Origin: Candidatus Shapirobacteria bacterium
GTDB lineage: Bacteria; Patescibacteriota; Microgenomatia; UBA12405
DNA length: 64,000 nt
NCBI GenBank assembly: GCA_017991615.1
Contig: JAGOQF010000003.1
Span: forward strand, 285-64,284
Direction: 5' to 3'
The position numbers were made by a program, and so were the translations under genes. Below are positions 46,739-56,823 of this stretch, in pieces. The notes beneath the pieces are model-generated. The model did no database searches. It was not told the origin of the DNA and saw only the letters and a list, made by a program, of their open reading frames with translations. Each line of letters begins with the position of its first letter. Positions within the stretch are counted from its first letter, which is position 1.

Positions 46739-47437
46739 TTAAAAAATTATTCCATATTGGAACGCTACCAATGTTTTGGCAAATGCCGCAATGGCAATGC
46801 CGTCACAAGTGTTGCCGATGGCATCAATCGCCGGCAGGAATACAAGCTTTGACAGCTTATCCAATTCAGCAATCGCGCCCTCTGTGGCAGGTAAGTATAG
46901 TTGACCGTCTTTCTCTGCCAAGGCAAACCACTCTACCTTGCAGGCAAAGATTGTCACCGGCCAGTTGCCTTCCGGTTGTTTAATCCAGAAAGCTCGATTC
47001 GAAGTGAATCCTCCGACCTCAGTCAAGTTGTTGATACGAACTCCAGTTTCTTCCAAAGTTTCACGTTTGGCAGTATTTTCTGGAGTCTCTTTGTTAAGTC
47101 CAAATCCACCCGGCGGTGTGAACATCAGAGTTCCATCATCCACCAGTAGGCGCTTTTCATAGCCGCCAGCCAGGAATAGTTCTCCTCCGGGAGAAACAGC
47201 GTAAGGCACCATTACAGCGCCGCCGCTTTCTTCGAAAGCCCACTGCCCATAGACACCATTGTATCCCATGGTCAGTTGACCGAACCTTGACGACAACTTG
47301 GCATACCTAGTTTCGTCGATAGAGACAATCTTTCCAGAAATCCGCTTGCCGTCGTCTGTACTGATTGTCGCCTTACCGGCAAAATCAGTAAAATTCCAAC
47401 CTAAACTTTTTCCTTCCGGAACCATACCTAGTTTCAT
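46739..47437 (-). CDS. NUDIX hydrolase.
   Basis: The Nudix box is GGFGLNKETPENTAKRETLEETGV (Gx5Ex7REUxEExGU). The gene is conspicuously GC-rich (roughly 48-50%) in a window of about 38% GC. RBS AGAAGG. Confidence 0.8.
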   Translation of the reverse strand: MKLGMVPEGKSLGWNFTDFAGKATISTDDGKRISGKIVSIDETRYAKLSSRFGQLTMGYNGVYGQWAFEESGGAVMVPYAVSPGGELFLAGGYEKRLLVDDGTLMFTPPGGFGLNKETPENTAKRETLEETGVRINNLTEVGGFTSNRAFWIKQPEGNWPVTIFACKVEWFALAEKDGQLYLPATEGAIAELDKLSKLVFLPAIDAIGNTCDGIAIAAFAKTLVAFQYGIIF

Positions 47438-47778
47438 ATTTTAACCTTCTTTCTCCCAGTTCCATCTTTTTGATGAACGGGAATCTGGCTGCATAGTACC
47501 TATCTAACCAAATTCCCATTCATCAATTTTGGTCTAATTTTAAAGTGCCAAATTATTGTCTATAAATCAGCTTCTAATTTATTTTCAATAATTCACCCAT
47601 ATTATACCCTATAATATAGAAAAAGTCAATATTATATCACCTCTAAAAAATAATCATACAACTATATTTCACTCCACCTTCTTAGATTACAATTTTTCCC
47701 CAAACTAACCATGTGTTTTAGTTTTTAAAACTGTCAAACTTGAAACCCTACCCCCAAATGCGATAGACTATAACCACT

Positions 47779-48792
47779 ATGAAACTTTTAATTACAGGTG
47801 GTTTAGGTTTTATTGGTTCTAATTTTATTCGTTATTGGCTTACTCATCACCCAGAGGATAAAATTGTCAATTTAGACAAGGTTACCTACGCCGCCAATTT
47901 TAAAAGCACAATCGATATCGAATCAAACATCAATTATAGCTTCGTTCGTGGCGATATTGTCGATAACCAATTGGTTGATAAAATTTTTTCACAAGGCATT
48001 GACACTGTTGTTCATTTCGCCGCTGAATCACATGTTGATCGTTCTATTGACGATCCTTCATTGTTTGTCAAAACCAATGTTTTAGGCACTTACACTCTTC
48101 TTAGTCTCGCCGCTAAATATGGAGTCAAAAGATTTCATCACATTTCTACAGACGAAGTCTTTGGTAGCATCGCTCTTGATTCCAAATCTCAATTTAACGA
48201 AAATACTCACTACGACCCCTCCAGTCCCTATTCCGCTTCCAAAGCTGCTTCCGATCACTTAGTTCGGTCTTTTTTCAAGACTTTTGGATTGCCAGTTACC
48301 ATCAGTAATTGTTCTAATAACTATGGTCCTTACCAACATCCCGAAAAGATGATTCCTCGCAGTATTACCAATCTCCTTTCCGGTAACAAAATTAAAGTTT
48401 ACGGTCAGGGCTTAAATTTCCGAGATTGGCTTCATGTTGAGGATCATTGTCGGGCTATCGAGTTGATCCTCCTCAAAGGTAAAATCGGCGAAACTTATTG
48501 TGTTGGTGGTCTTAAAAAAGGCACCTCCAATATGGAATTAGTTAAACTAATACTTAAGCTTATGAATAAAGATGAAAATTCGTTGGAATTTGTCGCCGAT
48601 CGACCGGCACACGACAATTATGCTGTCAACTGGGACAAAATAAACAAAGAACTTGGCTGGCAACCTCAATACGATTTGGAATCAGGACTTAAACAAACCA
48701 TTGATTGGTATACCCAAAATGAATCTTGGTGGCAGGAAACCAAAAAAGAAGCCGAAGAGTTTTATCTCAAATTAAACCAAGTCAAAAAATAA
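47779..48792 (+). CDS. rfbB: dTDP-glucose 4,6-dehydratase.
   Basis: ITGGLGFIGSNF, YSASKAASD (YxxxK) and the extended SDR architecture are present. Confidence 0.9.
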   Translation: MKLLITGGLGFIGSNFIRYWLTHHPEDKIVNLDKVTYAANFKSTIDIESNINYSFVRGDIVDNQLVDKIFSQGIDTVVHFAAESHVDRSIDDPSLFVKTNVLGTYTLLSLAAKYGVKRFHHISTDEVFGSIALDSKSQFNENTHYDPSSPYSASKAASDHLVRSFFKTFGLPVTISNCSNNYGPYQHPEKMIPRSITNLLSGNKIKVYGQGLNFRDWLHVEDHCRAIELILLKGKIGETYCVGGLKKGTSNMELVKLILKLMNKDENSLEFVADRPAHDNYAVNWDKINKELGWQPQYDLESGLKQTIDWYTQNESWWQETKKEAEEFYLKLNQVKK

Positions 48793-49340
48793 TGCCCAAA
48801 TTTATTCAAACCAAAATTGCTGGACTTGTAATTGTTGAGCCTGATGTTTTTACTGATGATAGGGGATTTTTTATGGAAAGTTACAATCAGCAAGTTTTTA
48901 CTCAAAACGGTATCGATGTTAATTTTGTTCAAGACAATCATTCTCAATCCACCAAAGGTGTTCTTCGTGGTCTTCATTTTCAAAAACCACCTTTTACTCA
49001 AGATAAATTAATTCGTTGTCCTCGTGGCGAAGTTTTTGATGTTGCTGTTGATCTTCGCCCTGGTTCAGCCACTTTCGGTCAATATGAGTCGGTTGTTTTA
49101 TCCGAAACCAACAAAACTATGTTTTTTATTCCCAAAGGTTTTGCTCACGGCTTTTTGGTTCTGTCTGATGTTGCCGATTTTCAGTATAAATGTTCCAACT
49201 TTTATCATAAAGAATCCGAAGCTGGTCTGCTTTGGAATGATCCGGATCTCAACATCAATTGGCCTCAGTTGGATAATTTAATTTTGTCTGACAAAGACAA
49301 ACTTTGGCCCACCTTAAAAGAACTTAAGCCTACCTTATAA
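48792..49340 (+). CDS. rfbC: dTDP-4-dehydrorhamnose 3,5-epimerase.
   Basis: Start trimmed to MPKFIQTKIAGL, a TAATG overlap with rfbB. RmlC cupin motifs are present (RGLHFQ, FIPKGFAHGF). Confidence 0.85.
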   Translation: MPKFIQTKIAGLVIVEPDVFTDDRGFFMESYNQQVFTQNGIDVNFVQDNHSQSTKGVLRGLHFQKPPFTQDKLIRCPRGEVFDVAVDLRPGSATFGQYESVVLSETNKTMFFIPKGFAHGFLVLSDVADFQYKCSNFYHKESEAGLLWNDPDLNINWPQLDNLILSDKDKLWPTLKELKPTL

Positions 49341-49358
49341 CTTTATAAACTTTATAAC

Positions 49359-50249
49359 TTGAAAACTAAAATTATCGGTACCGGTCTCTCCGGTTTGGTT
49401 GGTTCTCGAATTGTCGAACTTCTCGGCGATAAATTTGAGTTTGTTGATTTTTCCTTAGACAAGGGCATTAATATCTTAAACAAAGACAGTTTATCCCAGG
49501 CTTTTGGTAGTCATCAGGATGCTACTGCCGTAATTCATTTAGCCGCCTTTACCGACACCAATGCTGCTTGGGAGCAAAGAGGGGATAAATCTGGTCTTTG
49601 TTATCAGCTCAATGTTGTCGGCACCGAAAATGTCCTTAATCTGGCCAAAAAAAATCATCAATACTTTATCTATATTTCTACTGACTTCGTTTTTGATGGT
49701 ACCAAAACCACTCCTTATGTTGAAACAGATACTCCACATCCGATTGAGTGGTACGGTGAAACCAAATATATCGGCGAACAGGTAGTTTTAAACTCTCGCC
49801 ACCCCTCGGCTGTGACTCGAATTACTTATCCTTATCGAGCTAAATTTGATCAAAAACCAGATATTATTCACAAAGTTTTAAACAAACTTCAATCAGGCGA
49901 CGTTGTTAAAATGTTTGCCGATCAAATTTGCACCTATACTTTTATCGACGATATTGCCCTTGCTCTAGATCAATTTTTAGACAAAAAATATACCGGTATC
50001 TATCACCTGGTCGGTTCATCTTCTCACTCTCCCTACGATATGTCTCGATTGGTTGCTCAAACTTTCGGTTACGACCTTAAACTAGTTCAACCTTCAAGTT
50101 TGCAAGATTACATCAATTCTCAATCTGCCGGCAGCCGTCCCTGGCAACAAACCCTGATCACTTCCAATCAAAAAGTTGTCAACTTGGGTATTGATTTTAA
50201 AACTCTGACCGAAGGCCTTGCCGAAATTAAGACTCAGCTATTATCTTAG
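49359..50249 (+). CDS. rfbD: dTDP-4-dehydrorhamnose reductase.
   Basis: TTG start. GTGLSGLVGSRI Rossmann motif, YGETKYIGE (YxxxK) and RmlD-like length. Confidence 0.85.
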   Translation: MKTKIIGTGLSGLVGSRIVELLGDKFEFVDFSLDKGINILNKDSLSQAFGSHQDATAVIHLAAFTDTNAAWEQRGDKSGLCYQLNVVGTENVLNLAKKNHQYFIYISTDFVFDGTKTTPYVETDTPHPIEWYGETKYIGEQVVLNSRHPSAVTRITYPYRAKFDQKPDIIHKVLNKLQSGDVVKMFADQICTYTFIDDIALALDQFLDKKYTGIYHLVGSSSHSPYDMSRLVAQTFGYDLKLVQPSSLQDYINSQSAGSRPWQQTLITSNQKVVNLGIDFKTLTEGLAEIKTQLLS

Positions 50250-51444
50250 CTATCTTTTGAGCTTCTTTTACTGCGTAATTAATTCCTCTGTCTTCAGGGT
50301 AAATCTGAGCAAAATTCATTTGATAAATTTTGTCCGAAATTTTTATTGGCGGGATTTTTTTAGCATAACTTGTCGTCACAATATGTTGAGCATATTTAAA
50401 TCGGAATATAAACATTTTACCTACCATTTTTTTGTCAAATTCCGGGAATATTTTTTTCAGATAATCAAACCAAACCTTGATTATTTCTTTATCGCTTTTA
50501 CCAAAAAATTCATGATCTTGTGGTAAATATGAACCTAAATAATAAATTTCCTTGTTTCCATAATTCTTTTTGTCAATCAAGTTAGTCTGTTGAACTACTG
50601 CCACAAACGGGGAATTGACATCATTTATATTATGCCAATAATATTGGCTTAAATTCTGCTTGCTTTCAAACACTACATCGATTGCTCCCAAATAATCAAT
50701 TCCTTTGGCTGGTCGAGTGTCAACAATCACATCATATTCTTTTTCTAAAAATACTAAATTTTTAATTTCAGTCTTCAATTTTATTTTTCCACCGTTCTTT
50801 TTAATCAACTTGGCCAATTTTTCTATAATTTTTTCAAAACCGCCATCAATATACCCCAACACCTCTTCTCCTTTTTTATTGGTTGAATTACCTCTGGTAT
50901 GAATTCTGGCCCACAACCAAGCCATTGACACTTTTTTATAAAAATCATGAAATTTACCCTGCAATAGTGGTTGCCAGATTACTTTATAAGCTCTTTTACC
51001 TACCATTTTTCTCATCCACTTATCCGCAGTTATTGTTTCGTATTTTTGCCAATTTTTATCAAGCTTAAGCCATATTGCCACCATTCCCATTTTTAGCTTA
51101 TCCATCAAACCCAAAGGTTTAAATCTAAGCAAATCCATTGCCGTCACAAATGGATACATTTTTTTATTCCAATACAATCCCACCGAACTTTTATACCAGC
51201 TAATATCTCTAATTAAACCAATTTCTTTAATCAATTTAATCAAATCCTTATCGGTTTTAAAAAAATGATGATAAGTTTGTTCCAAATTTACTCCGTTCAT
51301 TTTAAATCCTGCCATTAGTCCGCCCAAATTTTTCTCTTTTTCCAAAATAGTTACCTTATTGCCTTTTTTTGCCAACAAATATCCCAAGGTTAGCCCGCCC
51401 ATACCTCCACCCACAATTGCTATTTTTTTCTCTTTTATATTCAT
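50227..51444 (-). CDS. FAD/NAD(P)-binding oxidoreductase (amine-oxidase / UDP-galactopyranose-mutase-like).
   Basis: The N-terminal KIAIVGGGMGGLTLGYLLAKKGNKVTILEKEKNLGG is a GxGxxG dinucleotide-binding fold. The gene is low-GC (roughly 30%). Its 3' end overlaps rfbD convergently by 23 nt. Confidence 0.55.
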   Translation of the reverse strand: MNIKEKKIAIVGGGMGGLTLGYLLAKKGNKVTILEKEKNLGGLMAGFKMNGVNLEQTYHHFFKTDKDLIKLIKEIGLIRDISWYKSSVGLYWNKKMYPFVTAMDLLRFKPLGLMDKLKMGMVAIWLKLDKNWQKYETITADKWMRKMVGKRAYKVIWQPLLQGKFHDFYKKVSMAWLWARIHTRGNSTNKKGEEVLGYIDGGFEKIIEKLAKLIKKNGGKIKLKTEIKNLVFLEKEYDVIVDTRPAKGIDYLGAIDVVFESKQNLSQYYWHNINDVNSPFVAVVQQTNLIDKKNYGNKEIYYLGSYLPQDHEFFGKSDKEIIKVWFDYLKKIFPEFDKKMVGKMFIFRFKYAQHIVTTSYAKKIPPIKISDKIYQMNFAQIYPEDRGINYAVKEAQKIAKIIAES

Positions 51445-51472
51445 TTATTCTTATGGTATCATAGAAACAGTC

Positions 51473-51510
51473 GCTGCTACCGTGACTTTAATGGTAGCAG
51501 TTTTATATTT
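51473..51510 (+). promoter_or_regulatory. Hairpin CTGCTACC-gtgactttaat-GGTAGCAG followed by a T-rich tract, in the fusA 5' leader.
   Basis: 8-bp stem with an 11-nt loop, then TTTTATATTTTTATT. The fusA ATG lies about 30 nt downstream. Confidence 0.4.
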
Positions 51511-51539
51511 TTATTAAAGAAGTACCTACAATCTAATTT

Positions 51540-53651
51540 ATGGCTGAACAAATTAAATTAACCAAAAATCGCGACGTTCCGATGGAAAAAGTCCGCAATA
51601 TTGGCATTATTGCCCACATTGACGGCGGTAAAACCACCACCACCGAACGTCTTTTATTTTATACCGGTAATATTCATAAAATCGGTTCTGTTGACGATGG
51701 CACTACCACCACCGATTCTATGGCTCAAGAAAGAGAACGGGGGATTACTATTCAATCTGCCTGTGTTACTACCTTTTGGAAAGATTTTCGTCTCAATGTT
51801 ATTGATACCCCCGGACACGTTGACTTTACTGCTGAAGTCGAACGTTCTCTGCGGGTGCTTGACGGTGCCATTATGATTTTTGATGGTAATGCCGGGGTTC
51901 AAGCTCAATCTGAAACCGTCTGGCGCCAAGCTGACAAATATGGTGTCCCACGCATTGCTTTTGTCAATAAAATGGACAAAATCGGTGCTTCATTTGAAAA
52001 CACCCTCAAAAGTATTCAAGATAAACTTCGCGCCCCAGTCGTGCCGGTAGTTATTCCTGTTGGTCAAGAACACGGTTTTATTGGCGTTATCGATCTTATG
52101 GATCAAAAAATGATTATCTACGACAAAGATGAACAAGGTATGGAGTTTACTACCAAAGATGTTACTGACGAATACAAAGATGCTGTTGCCACTGCTCGAG
52201 CTAAAATGGTCGAACAAATTGCCGGTGAAGATGAGACTCTTATGGAAAAATTCCTCAACGACGAAGAAATCTCTGTTCCCGAACTCAAAGCCGCTCTTCG
52301 AAAAGCCACTATCAGCCGTCGTCTTTTTCCTATTTATTGTGGCGCTGCTTGGCGTAATAAGGGCATCCATCCTATCCTCGATGGCATTATTGATTACCTG
52401 CCCTCACCACTTGATTTACCGCCTGTTGAAGGTTTCAATCCGGAAAACAATGAAGTTTTAACTCGTCACCCTGTCAAAACCGACCCTCTTTCTGCTCTTC
52501 TCTTCAAAGTTCAGTCAGACCCTCACGTTGGTACTTTATCTTATGTCAGGATTTATTCCGGTATTCTTAAAGCCGGTTCTGAAGTCTACAATACTACCAA
52601 AGGCAAAAACGAACGGATTGGTCGCTTACTTTTGATGCATGCTGACAAAAGAGAGGGTATCGAGGAAGGTTTTGCTGGCGAAATTGTGGCTTGTATTGGT
52701 CTCAAAGAATCCACCACTGGTGATACTTTGTGTGATTCCAATAACATCATTTCTCTCTCGCCGATTCAATTTTCTGAACCAGTTATTTCCCTTTCAATTG
52801 AACCAATGACTGCCGATGATCAGGAAAAAATGGGCGCCGCTCTCAATCGTTTGGCTATTGAAGATCCGACTTTCAAAGTCAGCTACAACCATGAAACCGG
52901 TCAAACCATCATTGGTGGTATGGGTGAACTTTATCTGGAGATTGTTGTTGATCGTCTCAAGCGTGAATTTGGTGTCGGTGTCAAAACCGGGGCTCCTCAG
53001 GTAGCCTATCGGGAAACTATTTCTGCCAACGCTGACGGTGAAGGTAAATATATTCACCAATCCGGTGGTCATGGTCAATATGGTCACTGTAAAATCAAGG
53101 TTGAACCCAAAAATCGCGGTGAAGGTTACGAATTTGTTAACGCCGTCAAAGGCGGCGCTATTCCAGCCAACTTTATTCCTGCCATTGAAAAAGGTGTCAA
53201 AGAAACCCTTCAAAAAGGTATTATTGCTGGCTATCCTTGTACTGATATCAAAGTTACCGTTTACGACGGTACCTATCACGAAGTTGACTCTTCAGAAATG
53301 GCTTTCAAATTAGCCGGATCTTACGCTATTAAGGATGCCTTTATTGCCGCCAAACCTTTGGTTTTGGAGCCGATTATGAAATTTGAAGTCAATACTCCTT
53401 CAGAATTCTTAGGTGCAGTTATCGGTGATTTATCTTCTCGCCGTGGTCAGATTAACGGTACTACCGAATCCGGCAATTTCACCACTATCAACGCCGCTGT
53501 TCCTTTGGAGGCAGTTCGTGGTTATGCTACTGTCATTAGAAGTTTAACCCAAGGTAGAGGATCATTTTATATGGAACCCAGTCATTATGATCCGGTTCCT
53601 CGAGATATCCAAGAACAATTGACCAGTAAAACCAATTCTGAATCAAAGTAA
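51540..53651 (+). CDS. fusA: Elongation factor G.
   Basis: AHIDGGKTTTTER, DTPGHVDF and NKMD are present. Full five-domain length. Confidence 0.97.
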   Translation: MAEQIKLTKNRDVPMEKVRNIGIIAHIDGGKTTTTERLLFYTGNIHKIGSVDDGTTTTDSMAQERERGITIQSACVTTFWKDFRLNVIDTPGHVDFTAEVERSLRVLDGAIMIFDGNAGVQAQSETVWRQADKYGVPRIAFVNKMDKIGASFENTLKSIQDKLRAPVVPVVIPVGQEHGFIGVIDLMDQKMIIYDKDEQGMEFTTKDVTDEYKDAVATARAKMVEQIAGEDETLMEKFLNDEEISVPELKAALRKATISRRLFPIYCGAAWRNKGIHPILDGIIDYLPSPLDLPPVEGFNPENNEVLTRHPVKTDPLSALLFKVQSDPHVGTLSYVRIYSGILKAGSEVYNTTKGKNERIGRLLLMHADKREGIEEGFAGEIVACIGLKESTTGDTLCDSNNIISLSPIQFSEPVISLSIEPMTADDQEKMGAALNRLAIEDPTFKVSYNHETGQTIIGGMGELYLEIVVDRLKREFGVGVKTGAPQVAYRETISANADGEGKYIHQSGGHGQYGHCKIKVEPKNRGEGYEFVNAVKGGAIPANFIPAIEKGVKETLQKGIIAGYPCTDIKVTVYDGTYHEVDSSEMAFKLAGSYAIKDAFIAAKPLVLEPIMKFEVNTPSEFLGAVIGDLSSRRGQINGTTESGNFTTINAAVPLEAVRGYATVIRSLTQGRGSFYMEPSHYDPVPRDIQEQLTSKTNSESK

Positions 53652-53771
53652 ACGCACAAATATATTGCAAAGCTAACAACTAGCTGATACAATTCTAAGA
53701 CGTTTTATCTTAAAATATTATTAATTAGAAATTAGTCTTAAACAAGACAATAAATTAAAAAAGGAGAAAAA

Positions 53772-54947
53772 ATGGCAGACACTTTTCAAAGGACCAAGCC
53801 GCACGTTAATGTTGGTACTATCGGTCACGTCGATCATGGTAAAACCACTTTAACTGCTGCTATTTCCAAAATTCAAGGAAGTGCCAAATCATACGCTGAT
53901 ATCGCCAAGGGCGGTACTGTGCGTGATGCTTCCAAAATCGTTACTATTGCTATCTCTCACATCGAATACGAAACCGACAAGAGACATTATGCTCACATCG
54001 ATTGTCCCGGTCACGCTGATTATGTCAAAAACATGATTACTGGTGCCGCTCAAATGGATGGTGCTATCTTAGTAGTATCTGCACCCGATGGGCCCATGCC
54101 TCAAACTCGGGAACACGTTTTGTTAGCCAAACAGGTCAACGTCCCTAAATTGGTTGTTTATCTTAACAAAGTTGATTTAGTTGAAGATCCCGAGTTTTTG
54201 GATTTAGTCGAAATGGAAATCCGTGATTTGTTAACCAAATATGAATATCCTGGTGACGAAATTCCTATTATCCGTGGTTCCGCTCTTAAAGCCCTCAACG
54301 ATGAAGCTGATGGCGTTGAATCTATTAAAAAATTAATGGAAGCTCTCGATACTTATATCCCTGAGCCTGTTCGTGAACTTGATAAACCATTTTTAATGGA
54401 AATTGAAGATGTCTTCTCTATCAAAGGTCGTGGTACCGTTGCTACTGGTAGAATTAATCGCGGTATTGTTAAAGTCAACGACGAAGTTGAAATCGTCGGT
54501 CTTCGTGATACTCGCAAGGCTGTGGTTACCGGAGTTGAGATGTTTCACAAACAACTCGACCAAGGTCAAGCTGGTGACAATGTCGGCATTTTGCTTCGCG
54601 GTGTTGAAAAAGATGATATCGAAAGAGGTCAGGTTTTAGCTAAACCAGGCACCATCACTCCTCATACCGAATTTGAAGCTGAAGTTCTTTTGCTCAAAAA
54701 AGAAGAAGGCGGTCGCCATACTCCTATCTTTACCGGTTATCGACCTCAAGTCTTCGTCGGTACTACCGATGTTACTGGAGATATTAGCTTGGCAGAAGGC
54801 ACTGAAATGATTATGCCCGGTGATAACGCCAAAGTTAATATTAAATTAATCAAACCTATTGCTATGGAAGAAGGTCAGAGGTTTGCTATTCGTGAAGGTG
54901 GTTTAACTGTCGGCGCCGGCGCGATTACTAAAATCATTAAAAAATAA
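53772..54947 (+). CDS. tuf: Elongation factor Tu.
   Basis: [18 protein letters not shown] and NKVD motifs. RBS AAAGGAG. Confidence 0.97.
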   Translation: MADTFQRTKPHVNVGTIGHVDHGKTTLTAAISKIQGSAKSYADIAKGGTVRDASKIVTIAISHIEYETDKRHYAHIDCPGHADYVKNMITGAAQMDGAILVVSAPDGPMPQTREHVLLAKQVNVPKLVVYLNKVDLVEDPEFLDLVEMEIRDLLTKYEYPGDEIPIIRGSALKALNDEADGVESIKKLMEALDTYIPEPVRELDKPFLMEIEDVFSIKGRGTVATGRINRGIVKVNDEVEIVGLRDTRKAVVTGVEMFHKQLDQGQAGDNVGILLRGVEKDDIERGQVLAKPGTITPHTEFEAEVLLLKKEEGGRHTPIFTGYRPQVFVGTTDVTGDISLAEGTEMIMPGDNAKVNIKLIKPIAMEEGQRFAIREGGLTVGAGAITKIIKK

Positions 54948-54949
54948 AT

Positions 54950-55261
54950 ATGCCCAAAGGTAACCGCATCCGCATCAGATTGAAGTCGTTCGATCATCGT
55001 ATTATCGATGAGGCGGCTCTCAAGATTGTTGAGGCGGCGGTTACCGCTGGAGCCAAGGTTGAAGGACCGATTCCTTTACCTACTGAACACAAGACAATTA
55101 CTGTTTTAACCAGTCCTCATACCGACAAGGATGCTCGTGAACATTTCGAACTCCGAACTCACAAGCGTCTGATTGATATTTCCAATACCAGTCTTCGTAC
55201 TGTCGATAGTCTCCAACACTTGGATTTACCCTCAGGAGTGGAAGTAGAAGTTAAGATGTAA
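54950..55261 (+). CDS. rpsJ: 30S ribosomal protein S10.
   Basis: [24 protein letters not shown] is canonical S10. Confidence 0.95.
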   Translation: MPKGNRIRIRLKSFDHRIIDEAALKIVEAAVTAGAKVEGPIPLPTEHKTITVLTSPHTDKDAREHFELRTHKRLIDISNTSLRTVDSLQHLDLPSGVEVEVKM

Positions 55262-55263
55262 CT

Positions 55264-55884
55264 ATGATTTCAGGATTTTTAGTCAAAAAAGGTCATATGA
55301 CCAGTACTTACACCGAAGATGGCCGCCGAATTGCGGTCACCAAGTGTTTGGCTCTGCCGCTTAAAGTGACTCAAGTAAAAACTATCGATAAAGATGGCTA
55401 TCAGGCTGTTCAAGTTGCCTACGGTTCCAAAAAACATTTAGATCAAGCCACTGGCACCAAGTTGTCTAAACTTAAACTAGATATTAAACCTCAATTTTTC
55501 AAAGAATTTAAATTAACCTCTGACCAAGTCCCGGAAATTGGTGCCGATATCACCTTTGAGTCGGTTTTTAATCAAGGAGACGTGGTTGATGTTACCGGCA
55601 CTTCCAAAGGTCGTGGCTTTGCCGGTGTAATCAAACGCCATGGTTTCAAAAAACAACCCATTCTTGGTTCTTCCGATCGTGTCCGTCGTCCCGGATCCAT
55701 CGGCGCTCAAACACCCGGCAAAGTTGTCAAAGGTAAAAAAATGCCCGGACATATGGGCAATAAAACCGTTACTGTTACTAACCTGCAGGTTTTTTCCATC
55801 AATCCCGAAACCAAAGAAGTTTTAATCAAAGGTCCCGTTCCCGGAAGCTTCAATTCTTGGGTAATTATCAACAAGACCAATTAA
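55264..55884 (+). CDS. rplC: 50S ribosomal protein L3.
   Basis: GxxKGRGFAGVIKRHGF motif. Confidence 0.93.
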   Translation: MISGFLVKKGHMTSTYTEDGRRIAVTKCLALPLKVTQVKTIDKDGYQAVQVAYGSKKHLDQATGTKLSKLKLDIKPQFFKEFKLTSDQVPEIGADITFESVFNQGDVVDVTGTSKGRGFAGVIKRHGFKKQPILGSSDRVRRPGSIGAQTPGKVVKGKKMPGHMGNKTVTVTNLQVFSINPETKEVLIKGPVPGSFNSWVIINKTN

Positions 55885-55887
55885 TTT

Positions 55888-56520
55888 ATGAAATCTCAAC
55901 TTTACAATTTAAAATCAGAAAAAATCGGCGAAATTGCTTTGCCTAAAAATATTTTTGAAGTCAAAGCTCCCGATAGTCTCATTGCTCAGGCTATCAGGGT
56001 TACTCTTACCAATCGTCGCTCTTCTTTTGCTAAAACCAAAACCCGTTCCGAAGTTGCCGGCACTCGAAAAAAGGTTTGGTCTCAAAAAGGCACTGGTAAC
56101 GCTCGTCACGGTAACCGTACCGCTCCCATTTTTATTGGCGGCGGCATTGCTATGGGCCCCGACGGTCAACAAAACTACTCTCTAAAAATTAGCAAAAATA
56201 TGAAAAAGAAGGCTTTATATACCCTTCTTTCCAAATTTGCCGCCAGTAAAAAAATTTTGGTCATTGATAACTTCTCCAAACTTGACCCCAAAACCAAATC
56301 TGGTGTCAAATTGATAACTGGACTTAAATCCAAAGATAAAGTATTATCAAAAAGTCGTAAAATAGGGATTATTACTACCAACACTTTGACTCCTGTCAAA
56401 AGAGCTTTTGGTAATATCAAAGATATTTCCTTAATTTCCCTCAAATCTCTTAATGTTTATGACCTATCAAAACAGAATTATTTGATTTTTAGCCAGAAGG
56501 CTATCAAGCAATTTAAATAA
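55888..56520 (+). CDS. rplD: 50S ribosomal protein L4.
   Basis: KVWSQKGTGNARHG motif. Position in the S10 operon. Confidence 0.9.
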   Translation: MKSQLYNLKSEKIGEIALPKNIFEVKAPDSLIAQAIRVTLTNRRSSFAKTKTRSEVAGTRKKVWSQKGTGNARHGNRTAPIFIGGGIAMGPDGQQNYSLKISKNMKKKALYTLLSKFAASKKILVIDNFSKLDPKTKSGVKLITGLKSKDKVLSKSRKIGIITTNTLTPVKRAFGNIKDISLISLKSLNVYDLSKQNYLIFSQKAIKQFK

Positions 56521-56522
56521 CT

Positions 56523-56822
56523 ATGAATTATAAAATTATTGATTTAAAACCAATTGTCACCGAAAAGGCTCTGTCTGCTCAACAGACACAAGATAAGTAT
56601 GCCTTTTGGGTTAGTCCTAGCGCCACCAAGACCCAAATTGAAGTTGCTTTTAAATCGGTTTTTAATATCACCCCTTTGTCTATCAATACTGTCACTCTCA
56701 AAGGTAAAACCAAAACTAATTGGCAAACACGAGCTTATATCAAAAAATCTGATCGCAAAAAAGCCATTATCTCTGTCCCTAAGGGCACCAAAATCGAATT
56801 ACTTAAACTAAATACCAAATAA
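56523..56822 (+). CDS. rplW: 50S ribosomal protein L23.
   Basis: IIDLKPIVTEKA start. Operon position. Confidence 0.9.
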   Translation: MNYKIIDLKPIVTEKALSAQQTQDKYAFWVSPSATKTQIEVAFKSVFNITPLSINTVTLKGKTKTNWQTRAYIKKSDRKKAIISVPKGTKIELLKLNTK

Positions 56823-56823
56823 T

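Noticed and set aside
47438-47778. 341-nt ORF-free region between NUDIX and rfbB considered as a possible ncRNA or mobile-element remnant.
   Set aside because: It contains only A/T-rich promoter-like hexamers for the two divergent genes. There are no inverted terminal repeats, no repeat family match within the window, and no recognisable RNA motif.
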